Origin: a virus
Lineage: Duplodnaviria; Caudoviricetes
Virus record (IMG/VR): IMGVR_UViG_3300012038_000161
Coordinates: 1-24,158 of that record
Length of the DNA stretch: 24,158 nucleotides
Reading direction: 5' to 3' (one strand)
This document shows positions 7,804 through 15,206 of this stretch, in pieces; position 1 is the first letter of the stretch, and every line of letters starts with the position of its first letter. The position numbers and the translations under genes are program-made. The notes beneath the pieces are model-generated. The model made no database searches. It saw only the letters and a list, made by a program, of their open reading frames with translations, and had not been told where the DNA came from.

Positions 7804-8214
7804 CTATGAGTCATTCCAAATCGCCAGCCTTACCTGGCCGGCCAGCTCGGCGCCGTGCACGTTGGTTAATCTTGAGTACCGGCGCAGGCCGGACATAGCC
7901 CGCGCGAAAAGATTTTTAGTGTAGAGTTTTAAGTCTTCTTCGCACTCGATTAGATACACGCCCATCGGCTCGCGGCAGCTCGTGCCGATCGCAACGCCAT
8001 GATCTTCGGTCAATGATTTCAGTACCAGCTGGAGCCGCCGCGTTGTCGGCCGTGGCCATACCCGCGCCGCCAAATCGCGCTGCTTGATCGCTCGCGCCAG
8101 GCCGACGTGATCGAGCAGGGCCGCATAGACCGCGCGCTCGTCAGCCGAGAGCCGGTCCAGGCTCCAGCCTAGCGGCAGCCAGATCGGCAAGGTTAGTTGA
8201 TCCGCGCGTTCCAC
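7804..8214 (-). CDS. Winged-helix DNA-binding protein
   Basis: AIKQRDLA...RRLQLVLKSL..HGVAIGTS...GVYL (HTH_11-like). Confidence 0.7.
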   Translation of the reverse strand: MERADQLTLPIWLPLGWSLDRLSADERAVYAALLDHVGLARAIKQRDLAARVWPRPTTRRLQLVLKSLTEDHGVAIGTSCREPMGVYLIECEEDLKLYTKNLFARAMSGLRRYSRLTNVHGAELAGQVRLAIWNDS

Positions 8215-8221
8215 TTATCGT

Positions 8222-8512
8222 TTATCTCGCCTTGATTCCTCGCCTGTATTCCACTATCGCCCCCGCCTGTGCACCGCGATTTTTCGTCCCAACCGGACGC
8301 CCGCGACGCCAGCGCGCGCGCGGCTGCGTCATCGGGATCGTCGGCGACTGCACAGCGATGAGCTGCCCAGACTGCCCCGCTTCCATCACCTCATGGCGTA
8401 ACAGGTGCGCCTCGAGCGCCTTCACTGGCCAAAACGCCGGACTCGACTGACAGAGATCGCACACCGCCGCGCGGATCACGCGGTTACCGACTCGGATCTG
8501 TCTACGGTGCAT
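8222..8512 (-). CDS. Hypothetical protein with C2H2-like finger and AT-hook-like GRP motif
   Basis: CDLC...H...H and RRGRPVG; GGAGG RBS. Confidence 0.6.
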   Translation of the reverse strand: MHRRQIRVGNRVIRAAVCDLCQSSPAFWPVKALEAHLLRHEVMEAGQSGQLIAVQSPTIPMTQPRARWRRGRPVGTKNRGAQAGAIVEYRRGIKAR

Positions 8513-8515
8513 TTT

Positions 8516-8695
8516 TCACCTCCAAAGAGTTAATTCCTTTTTCACCGTAACGAGACCAGCATCTTCCAACATTTCAATTGCATCCTGTAGAGATTCTGGC
8601 GCGTGCTCTACTTCACCATTCTCATAGGCATCATTGGCCCAAACAATTAACTGATCTTCGCTTATGGTTCGTGTTTCAGGGTAAATTAGGTCCAT
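8516..8695 (-). CDS. Small acidic hypothetical protein (59 aa)
   Basis: MDLIYPETR..., purine-rich RBS. Confidence 0.65.
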   Translation of the reverse strand: MDLIYPETRTISEDQLIVWANDAYENGEVEHAPESLQDAIEMLEDAGLVTVKKELTLWR

Positions 8696-8744
8696 TATTT
8701 TCTTCCCCCTTTGTTTCGCACATTGACGAGCCGAGCCGAGCCCT

Positions 8745-9260
8745 CTATGATCTCTCTTCCAACCATTCCATCGCTTCGCGCGTTCCACTCGGCCCATGCA
8801 AAAGCGCCTCGCGCCTCTCGTGGCGCACCTGCCGGCGGTGCGCTTGATACCAGTGGGCATAACGCTGGCGGCATTCACGGCAGTGCGCCAAGCTTGGCCC
8901 GTCCGGCGGACATTCGCCATATTTATGCGTGTACTCGATGCCCGGCACGTCGGCGATATCGACACGACGGACCATCTTCTTGCTCTGCCGCGGCTTCATC
9001 TTGCGATTGAGCACTCGGCGCGCCGCCTCGCAGTCGATCCCGAGCGACTCGCAGCAGGAGCGAAAGGTAAAGACGCCGCTGTCCTCACGATTGATCCACG
9101 GCAGATCGCCATCATCGATGCCGTGCTCCAACACCGCAGCGATGAGCGCCAGATGCGGCGGCAGTACCGTGCGCACCGGATGCGTCAGGCTGTAAAACTC
9201 GACACTCTCGCAGTCCGCCGCGGCGTGTACCGATCTGAAAGATGCGCCGTCTAAGTCCAT
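8745..9260 (-). CDS. Hypothetical phage protein (171 aa)
   Basis: WI...FTFRSCCESLGID motif and Cys/His-rich C-terminus; coupled in the operon. Confidence 0.65.
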   Translation of the reverse strand: MDLDGASFRSVHAAADCESVEFYSLTHPVRTVLPPHLALIAAVLEHGIDDGDLPWINREDSGVFTFRSCCESLGIDCEAARRVLNRKMKPRQSKKMVRRVDIADVPGIEYTHKYGECPPDGPSLAHCRECRQRYAHWYQAHRRQVRHERREALLHGPSGTREAMEWLEERS

Positions 9261-9263
9261 CGC

Positions 9264-9464
9264 TTACAGTCCCAAGAGCGAAAACAGCCGCCGGCCGATC
9301 CCATCGAGGCGCCCCGTGATAGCCGCAGCAGCGAGCGCCGCGCAAGCCAGACACGCCACCAGGGCGATAGCCTCGGCGGTCAAACCCACCTCCGGCTCGG
9401 TCTCATCGAACCATGTCTTGCGGTAGCGCTGCGCCTCTTGCTCTTTTTTGATCGCGTGCGGCAT
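9264..9464 (-). CDS. Small membrane protein
   Basis: Hydrophobic segment AIALVACLACAALAAAAIT; GAGG RBS. Confidence 0.6.
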   Translation of the reverse strand: MPHAIKKEQEAQRYRKTWFDETEPEVGLTAEAIALVACLACAALAAAAITGRLDGIGRRLFSLLGL

Positions 9465-9484
9465 AGAAATAACCTCTTTCCCGA

Positions 9485-10045
9485 CTATCGAAGTAACGCC
9501 CGCTCTAAAGCAGACAAATTCCACATTGCTAAAACCGCATAGATATACCGACCGAGATGCCGCAATAGAATTGGATCAGTCGGTGGTTCGGAAGTCCACG
9601 TCGCGTCCCATAAGATGAAGTAGTCGTCCAAGCGGCCGGCCGGTTTGTATTGCGGCGGGATGGACGGCACGAGCGCTGAATACTGGCTCCAAGAATTGCA
9701 CAGCGGCGAGAGCGTCTGGGGTGGTAGATATATCACGCCACGGCTCTCTGCTCCGCTCACATAGCTGCGCTTCAAAAATGAGCAGTCACCGTTTGCGTCC
9801 GAGCGCAAAAAACACTGCTCCCAACTGGCACGCGCAATCGCCAGCTTTGGACGACCTTGGCTATCAACCCCGGCAAACTTCATCACTTCCACTAGATCGA
9901 GAATCTTTTTCCCTTGAGACAGGTGCCGATAACCCGCCTTGAGGATTTTATCATCCCGGGTCTGCCGCTCTTTGACAGCTTTGCAGTAGGTGTGCCACGC
10001 CTGCTTCGCCTTGGTCCGATCCATTTCAATAACTGGTGTTTCCAT
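9485..10045 (-). CDS. Hypothetical phage protein (186 aa)
   Basis: AGGAG RBS, globular composition. Confidence 0.8.
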   Translation of the reverse strand: METPVIEMDRTKAKQAWHTYCKAVKERQTRDDKILKAGYRHLSQGKKILDLVEVMKFAGVDSQGRPKLAIARASWEQCFLRSDANGDCSFLKRSYVSGAESRGVIYLPPQTLSPLCNSWSQYSALVPSIPPQYKPAGRLDDYFILWDATWTSEPPTDPILLRHLGRYIYAVLAMWNLSALERALLR

Positions 10046-10065
10046 ATTGCGCTCCTATCCCTTCT

Positions 10066-10170
10066 TCACTTCACCCTCTCGATCGACACGTAGATGACTC
10101 GCTGCAACGGCGACAGATCAACCAGCCGGCGCCGGCGCAGCTTCGAGGCTATCCAGCGAATGAGTTTCAT
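10066..10170 (-). CDS. Small basic peptide (34 aa)
   Basis: ATGA overlap with the upstream gene; MKLIRWIASKLRRRRL... Confidence 0.4.
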   Translation of the reverse strand: MKLIRWIASKLRRRRLVDLSPLQRVIYVSIERVK

Positions 10171-10394
10171 CGCTTTGTCCGCCTTGCCCGCTTCTCGGCC
10201 TCCACAGTCGCCATGATTGTCCATTGCATCAGCCGCGGGATCGCCGCCGTGTAACGTCGCCGCGTACCCTTCCAGCGAAATGTGATCAAGTCCGGCGCCT
10301 CGATCTCGACGATGATTGGCCTGCCGCGCGACATCTTGTCGACATCGAGCCTGGCGTCGATCTCACGGGCAACTCTTTTTGTCAGCAGGGTCAC
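10167..10394 (-). CDS. Small basic hypothetical protein (75 aa)
   Basis: GTGA overlap, coupled. Confidence 0.65.
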   Translation of the reverse strand: MTLLTKRVAREIDARLDVDKMSRGRPIIVEIEAPDLITFRWKGTRRRYTAAIPRLMQWTIMATVEAEKRARRTKR

Positions 10395-10663
10395 GTTTTG
10401 ATATCCCCGGTGCAGTCGGCGATGAGTCTCTTGAAATCCTCGCCACCCTCGACAACCACAGTCTTCCCGAGCCGCCGCTCCAGGTTATTCTGGGCGCGCA
10501 TAACATCGCCGCTCTCGTCCCATCCCGACGCGGTCATACCGCGCGCCAGATCCAGCACCAGCGCCGCCGCCTCCGGCGAGAGCTGATCGCAGATCTTGTC
10601 GATGAGGTTGGAGTCGGAACAGGCGTGAGGCGTGAGGCGTGAGGCGTGAGTTTCAGATTTCAT
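10391..10663 (-). CDS. Hypothetical protein (about 90 aa)
   Basis: ATGA overlap with the upstream TM peptide; contains a 7-bp tandem repeat. Confidence 0.55.
   Translation of the reverse strand: MKSETHASRLTPHACSDSNLIDKICDQLSPEAAALVLDLARGMTASGWDESGDVMRAQNNLERRLGKTVVVEGGEDFKRLIADCTGDIKT
10621..10650. repeat. 7-bp tandem repeat (AGGCGTG)x4
   Basis: Read directly from the sequence. Confidence 0.9.
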
Positions 10664-10782
10664 CGCGTCACCCACCAGGCCAGCCAGATTACTGCCGCCC
10701 AGATTGCCATGCTGACCACCATGACCACGCCTATGCCGCGCGGATCTTGTTCGTTGTAACGGCGCTCGATCGGATCTTTCAT
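10660..10782 (-). CDS. Single-TM peptide (40 aa), below the ORF-track cutoff
   Basis: MKDPIERRYNEQDPRGIGVVMVVSMAIWAAVIWLAWWVTR. Confidence 0.6.
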   Translation of the reverse strand: MKDPIERRYNEQDPRGIGVVMVVSMAIWAAVIWLAWWVTR

Positions 10783-10789
10783 TTTTCAC

Positions 10790-11149
10790 TCATTCCTCTT
10801 TCGCCGCTAATTTTCTCGTCACCACACCGCCGAAGTCCTCGACCAACTCTTGCGCAATGTGCAACGGCAAGTCGGGATAAGTCTTCGCCCCCACCCGCAT
10901 GATGTCGCGCACGCGCTCGATCGGGTCCTTGCGCTCGCCGGAAATCCACATATCCAGAAGTTTCTTGCTGATACGCAGCTCGAAGCACAGCCGCTTGCGC
11001 CCGATCGGCTTGCTGATATGCGCCAGGAATGAGGGCCGCACCGGCTCTGGCGTACTATCTATGTTCCCTGCGATATTCCCTGTAGTGCTCATCAAATCGT
11101 CTTCAGCGTACTTACGCGCCGCCGCCGCGGCGGTTAGTTTTTGCGACAT
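10790..11149 (-). CDS. CII-like phage regulatory protein
   Basis: HTH-like GRKRLCFELRISKKLLDMW, DPIERV motif, position directly after cro. Confidence 0.6.
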   Translation of the reverse strand: MSQKLTAAAAARKYAEDDLMSTTGNIAGNIDSTPEPVRPSFLAHISKPIGRKRLCFELRISKKLLDMWISGERKDPIERVRDIMRVGAKTYPDLPLHIAQELVEDFGGVVTRKLAAKEE

Positions 11150-11179
11150 GGCGGCCTCAAATCAATTCTCTCCCGGCAC

Positions 11180-11209
11180 TTGCATTTCCGTTATCCTTTG
11201 CCCTAAAGT
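11180..11209 (+). promoter_or_regulatory. Putative rightward (PRE-like) promoter
   Basis: TTGCAT-18 nt-TAAAGT, pointing antisense through cro towards the repressor. Confidence 0.35.
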
Positions 11210-11218
11210 CGTCTGCGT

Positions 11219-11270
11219 AAAAAAAGAGCCGCTTCGCGCCCTGCTTGCCCGGCTGACGCTAAGCGGCTCT
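11219..11270 (-). terminator. Intrinsic terminator after cro (tR1-like position)
   Basis: AGAGCCGCTT...AAGCGGCTCT perfect 10-bp stem followed by a T run. Confidence 0.7.
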
Positions 11271-11480
11271 GATTTCGTCCCATGGCTTGCCGATGATCTG
11301 CTCGATCCGGCGTTGGATACGAGCGCTCCTGCTTTGGCCCAACATGACCTTGGTCACAGTGGACGGCGCGACATTTTCAAGCCTTGCGACTTCCGACGGC
11401 GAAGAGCCCGCTTTGTGCAGCGCCCGGGTGACCGGACCCAGCTCAGGCTCTTTGCGGTCGGTTTTCTTTTGCGCGTTCAT
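11259..11480 (-). CDS. Cro/Ner-like HTH regulator
   Basis: SPSEVARLENVAPSTVTKVMLG...SARIQRRI; divergent from the repressor. Confidence 0.85.
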   Translation of the reverse strand: MNAQKKTDRKEPELGPVTRALHKAGSSPSEVARLENVAPSTVTKVMLGQSRSARIQRRIEQIIGKPWDEIRAA

Positions 11481-11490
11481 TTAGGGCAAA

Positions 11491-11519
11491 GAAATACAGA
11501 ATTTAGAGATTTATGTCAA
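11491..11519 (-). promoter_or_regulatory. Putative lytic promoter for cro
   Basis: Consensus TTGACA, 17-nt spacer, weak -10 TATTTC; very short leader with no RBS. Confidence 0.5.
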
Positions 11520-11998
11520 CAAAAAAACAGCGAAAATCTGTAGTAATCCCTACATTCGCGAAAACTATAACGATTTTGCGCAAGAAAGTTGGCTTAAAAC
11601 AAAAAGATTTGGCTAGAAAGGTCGGATACGAACCGAATTATTTCAGTCAGGTGATGCGAGGAAAGATACCGGCCACTGAGCGGCTAATAAATTCCGTAGC
11701 CCATGAGCTTAATGTATCGCCTGAAAATCTTCGTCTCGGGATGACTAACGAAACTGGGGCTAAATATTTAACACCCAAAGAGGTTTTGAAATCGAAAGCT
11801 CACGAGGCCGCCCGCAACTTCATCGAGAGCGCGGAGATTGGTGGGCTCAGACTATTGCTCGAGTATATTGCTGTCTTGCAAAAATCATCGATTCAGACCG
11901 AGTCGCCGCCCAGGAGGGGTGACGAGGACCCTTTTCAAACCGTCGGGCCAGATAACGATAGTAAAGAGTTTCGCGAACTGGCGCGGCGCGAGCCGTGA
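11513..11998 (+). CDS. CI-like XRE repressor (no evident S24 peptidase domain)
   Basis: LRKKVGLKQKDLARKVGYEPNYFSQVMRGK HTH; start codon uncertain. Confidence 0.85.
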   Translation: MSTKKQRKSVVIPTFAKTITILRKKVGLKQKDLARKVGYEPNYFSQVMRGKIPATERLINSVAHELNVSPENLRLGMTNETGAKYLTPKEVLKSKAHEAARNFIESAEIGGLRLLLEYIAVLQKSSIQTESPPRRGDEDPFQTVGPDNDSKEFRELARREP

Positions 11999-12002
11999 CT
12001 TT

Positions 12003-12617
12003 ATGACGCTCACCGAACAGCTAACAGAGTCCATCGCCAAGGGCAGCACCCTTACGATTGTTTATCACGGTGGCAGCCAGCCTGGCGCCAAGCGTGTTAT
12101 TCAGCCCATCATGGTTTTAGGAAAGAAACTCCGGGCGCGCGATGTCAGCACCAACCAAACAAAGCTGTTTTTGCTCGACAAGGTAGAGATCGTCTCTGTT
12201 GGTTATGATGCGCCAGATTATGCAAGGATCACCAAAGTGGACAACCGAACAAACGATCTCGGCGAGGTTTTTAACATGTACCGTCCAGACATTGAGCGCC
12301 TTGGTTGGCTCGCGACCGCGAGCGCGGATGCCATTCGGCTGTTCGATCCATCTGCCGCGAAACAACAAAAGTATGGTGTCGTCGGTATCCGGCGCAACTT
12401 GGAACCGGTTCTTCGTATTACGCTAAATGGCGTGACGACCACGGAAGAACAATCCACGGATCATCCTTGGTTTGTCTACGGTCCCGATGTCGCGCCTGGT
12501 ATTATCGGACGTGCATTAGAACCAGGTCAGTCCTACAAATATCTGACAAAAGCGATCCGGATCTTCTTGAGTCAAGCAACTCGTCATGCCCCGAAACACA
12601 GCCCCACTCGCGGATGA
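12003..12617 (+). CDS. WYL-domain protein with unknown C-terminal domain
   Basis: LTIVYHGGSQPGAKRVIQP...LRARD......KLFLLDKVE matches the WYL fold pattern. Confidence 0.7.
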   Translation: MTLTEQLTESIAKGSTLTIVYHGGSQPGAKRVIQPIMVLGKKLRARDVSTNQTKLFLLDKVEIVSVGYDAPDYARITKVDNRTNDLGEVFNMYRPDIERLGWLATASADAIRLFDPSAAKQQKYGVVGIRRNLEPVLRITLNGVTTTEEQSTDHPWFVYGPDVAPGIIGRALEPGQSYKYLTKAIRIFLSQATRHAPKHSPTRG

Positions 12618-12698
12618 GTTGAAAACGACATGGTCTTTGGACTAAAGATTGTGCTGAATAGGGTTCAGACTTCGTCTTGAGCATAACTGGAGGCACCC

Positions 12699-13019
12699 AT
12701 GCGGACCCTTGCCGATATCGTCGGGATCCTGCTGATCGTCCTCGGCACGCTGGCGATATTCGCCGGCTGCGGCCTGTCGGCTGTTAGCCCAGGCGGCAGC
12801 GTCCTTCTATGGGCTGGAGTGGCGATGGTCGCCGTTGGGCTGGTCTTTACCAACGCCGCCGGTAAAAAGACCTGCCCCGCGTGCGCCGAGACGGTAAAAT
12901 ACAAGGCTTTCAAGTGCAAACACTGCGGCTTTGACTTCGCCAGCGAGGGCAAAAAGGCGCCGGGCCCCACCGATCCTAATGCACTGCCGCACGAGTCCGG
13001 CCGGCTGCTGGGCGGCTGA
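12699..13019 (+). CDS. Two-TM membrane protein with zinc ribbon
   Basis: Two hydrophobic helices then KKTCPACAE...KCKHCG; GGAGG RBS. Confidence 0.85.
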   Translation: MRTLADIVGILLIVLGTLAIFAGCGLSAVSPGGSVLLWAGVAMVAVGLVFTNAAGKKTCPACAETVKYKAFKCKHCGFDFASEGKKAPGPTDPNALPHESGRLLGG

Positions 13020-13290
13020 GCGCGCACGCCCGCCGCTCCTCGAGGTCCTTTTTCGCCGCCGCCTCTCGATCCTGCCACTGCATGTTTGCCGGCGTATCTG
13101 CGCCGCCCAGGCACAGCGGCACGATATGGTCGACAACCCAGCCCGGACACGCGCCGCCTTGATTCCCAGTCGCCGGGCAAGGGTTGGCCTGGCGAAACAG
13201 TCTGACCTGCCTGGCGTCACGCGCGGATAGCGCCACCGGTGAGCAAGCCAGGATCAGCCCAAGCGTGACGGCGAGGATTAAGGACAGCAT
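12976..13290 (-). CDS. Secreted HNH-like protein
   Basis: N-terminal signal peptide; FRQANPCPATG...CPGWVVDHIVPLCLGGAD.PANMQWQ. Confidence 0.85.
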   Translation of the reverse strand: MLSLILAVTLGLILACSPVALSARDARQVRLFRQANPCPATGNQGGACPGWVVDHIVPLCLGGADTPANMQWQDREAAAKKDLEERRACALSRPAAGRTRAAVH

Positions 13291-13294
13291 CTGA

Positions 13295-13774
13295 TCAGAC
13301 AAACATCGGCGGTGCGAACTGCCGCCATGATTCGACGTAGTCTTGCACCGTGCCGGCGCCGAGCGGAGTGTTGTAGACTTTCTTCCAAAACGCCGCCTGT
13401 CCGGGCAGAGTGTCGGGAATAATCTCAGGCGATCGATAGTAGTGAATCCGGCAGATAGCCGTGGCATAGTACAAGTTTCCGGTCAGCTCATCGCTACCTA
13501 TACCGTTGCCCCATGAGATACGCCAGCGGTTGACCTTCTTAGCGAGCTCCGGTCGGTTGCTCAAAAAGTGAGTCCACAGATCCTCATGCGTCGCCGGCTC
13601 GCATTGATAAATGCCCTTCGCCGGGCCGTTTCCGAGCTGCACAAGCCAGGTGCCGCACTTGCTCTCCTGGCAAGCCGTGCCCAGTACCATCGCCTCGGCT
13701 ACGACTCCGCCCATGCCGAGAGATTGCAGCACCGGTCGGATGACTTCTTTGAGGAGATGATTAGCGTCTATCAT
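13295..13774 (-). CDS. Endolysin, lysozyme-like/transglycosylase fold
   Basis: GTACQES (catalytic Glu), GPAKGIYQCEPAT, WKKVYNT; ATGA overlap at 13774. Confidence 0.8.
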   Translation of the reverse strand: MIDANHLLKEVIRPVLQSLGMGGVVAEAMVLGTACQESKCGTWLVQLGNGPAKGIYQCEPATHEDLWTHFLSNRPELAKKVNRWRISWGNGIGSDELTGNLYYATAICRIHYYRSPEIIPDTLPGQAAFWKKVYNTPLGAGTVQDYVESWRQFAPPMFV

Positions 13775-14070
13775 TGGATTAACCTGCACCCATCGCCGAA
13801 GTGCGGCTGAATAATTGCTTCCTTTGGCATGACGAGCCACATCGTTGCACCGGATGGCGGGGGTCCGACCACTTGAAAGCATCCGTACACTTTTTGGCCG
13901 AGTTCGTTGTACGCCTTGACTTGTTCCGGCGTCAGCGCCTGCCCCTGGCCTAGCGCGTTGCCAATCAGCATGCCGGTGCAGCCATAGATGGAGAGAAACA
14001 AGGCGATAGCCGCAGCGATGATCAAATTTTCTTTCCATGATTGCGCGCGCAGGCGACGCTCGTCTTTCAT
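13771..14070 (-). CDS. Lipoprotein, possible outer spanin
   Basis: Hydrophobic leader ending in lipobox-like IYGC; GGAGG RBS; within the lysis cluster. Confidence 0.65.
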   Translation of the reverse strand: MKDERRLRAQSWKENLIIAAAIALFLSIYGCTGMLIGNALGQGQALTPEQVKAYNELGQKVYGCFQVVGPPPSGATMWLVMPKEAIIQPHFGDGCRLIQ

Positions 14071-14243
14071 TCTCGCCTCCGTATATCCCGCGCCACCCGA
14101 CACAGCATGTAGACAAACAGAATCACCAGCACAACAAGCAGAATGATCAAGGCGATAATGCCCACCGCGTCGTAGAACAGCGACAACATGCCCACCATCG
14201 TGCGCCAGGATATGTCGAGCCAGAAGTAAATTTCATCGGTCAT
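14067..14243 (-). CDS. Small membrane protein (58 aa), below the ORF-track cutoff
   Basis: TM segment AVGIIALIILLVVLVILFVYML then basic tail; ATGA overlap. Confidence 0.65.
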   Translation of the reverse strand: MTDEIYFWLDISWRTMVGMLSLFYDAVGIIALIILLVVLVILFVYMLCRVARDIRRRE

Positions 14244-14263
14244 CGTAGGCTCGGGATTTGACC

Positions 14264-14473
14264 CTATTTTTTTTCTGCGGTCGCGGTCTGAATTTGTTTC
14301 ATAGTCGAGTGCGTTGAATAGTCCTTAGCCGCAATGCCGACCAACGCGCCGCCGAGAGCGGTTAAAAATTGCGGCACCCACTTCCAATTTTCTGGCAATG
14401 GCACCAGGACAAGAGCGGCGCCGAACGCTGCCAGTACACCGCCGACCGTCGTTTTCCAATTTTCTATTTGCAT
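14264..14473 (-). CDS. Putative holin (two TM)
   Basis: NWKTT motif, two TM helices, AKD motif, GGAGG RBS. Confidence 0.7.
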   Translation of the reverse strand: MQIENWKTTVGGVLAAFGAALVLVPLPENWKWVPQFLTALGGALVGIAAKDYSTHSTMKQIQTATAEKK

Positions 14474-14477
14474 GTTT

Positions 14478-14585
14478 CTACCTCCGTCTCGACTCAAGTT
14501 CGAATCTCATGTCTATTCCAGAGATCTTGTCCGAGTGTTTTCGCTGTAGGGCTTCAATTCTCTCAACGATAGTGTCAGCGCTCAT
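14478..14585 (-). CDS. Small peptide (35 aa)
   Basis: TGATG overlap with the upstream gene; fills the gap. Confidence 0.4.
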   Translation of the reverse strand: MSADTIVERIEALQRKHSDKISGIDMRFELESRRR

Positions 14586-14851
14586 CAACGATCCTCGATT
14601 AGTTTCATCGGCTCGCATCCTGATCGATACTGATTACCGTCGAGCTTGTAGCAAATTGAGCGCAAAATCGATGTTTGTTGCCAAGCGTTGTACTCTAGTC
14701 GTGAGAGCGTCTGCATGATCGGTGATGGCATCCAACCGAGCAGTGCAGCGACGAGCAAGACGGCCAATGCAGTAGGGAAGCCGACTTGAACGAAAATTCT
14801 CACCCACCAAGGCGTCGGGATGTGCAACTCCGTAGATTCTCCCATCATCAC
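14585..14851 (-). CDS. Single-TM protein (holin-, antiholin- or inner-spanin-like)
   Basis: VGFPTALAVLLVAALLGW TM; short C-terminal region with two Cys. Confidence 0.6.
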   Translation of the reverse strand: MMMGESTELHIPTPWWVRIFVQVGFPTALAVLLVAALLGWMPSPIMQTLSRLEYNAWQQTSILRSICYKLDGNQYRSGCEPMKLIEDR

Positions 14852-14897
14852 CTTCTTCCTATGTCTTCAATTTGGATGACCTTAATCTCAATCCACT

Positions 14898-15206
14898 TCA
14901 TCCCACCGGATTCTCTGCCTTAACCCGAAAGCTGCCTTGCTGCGCCGACTCCACGGTGCCGGTCGATTCATAACGCCAATGCCATGTGCCAGGTTCGATC
15001 AAGGATAGATCGACGTGATACAGACCAACGCCTTCGCGCACCAGTGCGGCGTCGACGCCGTACACGAGCAGCGTTGGGGCGGGATCGCTCGGCACCTGAT
15101 AGATAAATTTTACCTGATTAGGATCGGTTAAAACCTTCCCGAGTCGGAACGATCCTAAAAAGCGCGGCTTTTGGCCGACGACGTAATCGCAATCGAATTG
15201 ACTCAT
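14898..15206 (-). CDS. Small Ig-like phage protein
   Basis: LTDP...G.GLYHVD.....GTWHWRYE beta-sandwich pattern. Confidence 0.75.
   Translation of the reverse strand: MSQFDCDYVVGQKPRFLGSFRLGKVLTDPNQVKFIYQVPSDPAPTLLVYGVDAALVREGVGLYHVDLSLIEPGTWHWRYESTGTVESAQQGSFRVKAENPVG

Noticed and set aside
10762-10930. 16/18-nt match encoding KDPIER in both the CII-like protein and the next TM peptide
   Set aside because: A single short match that could be chance; no further support
13775-14116. N-terminal extension of the endolysin ORF (similar extensions at 20108-20188, 22339-22398, 23055-23294 and 4118-4204)
   Set aside because: They overlap better-supported genes or a terminator; downstream starts have an RBS or stop-start coupling
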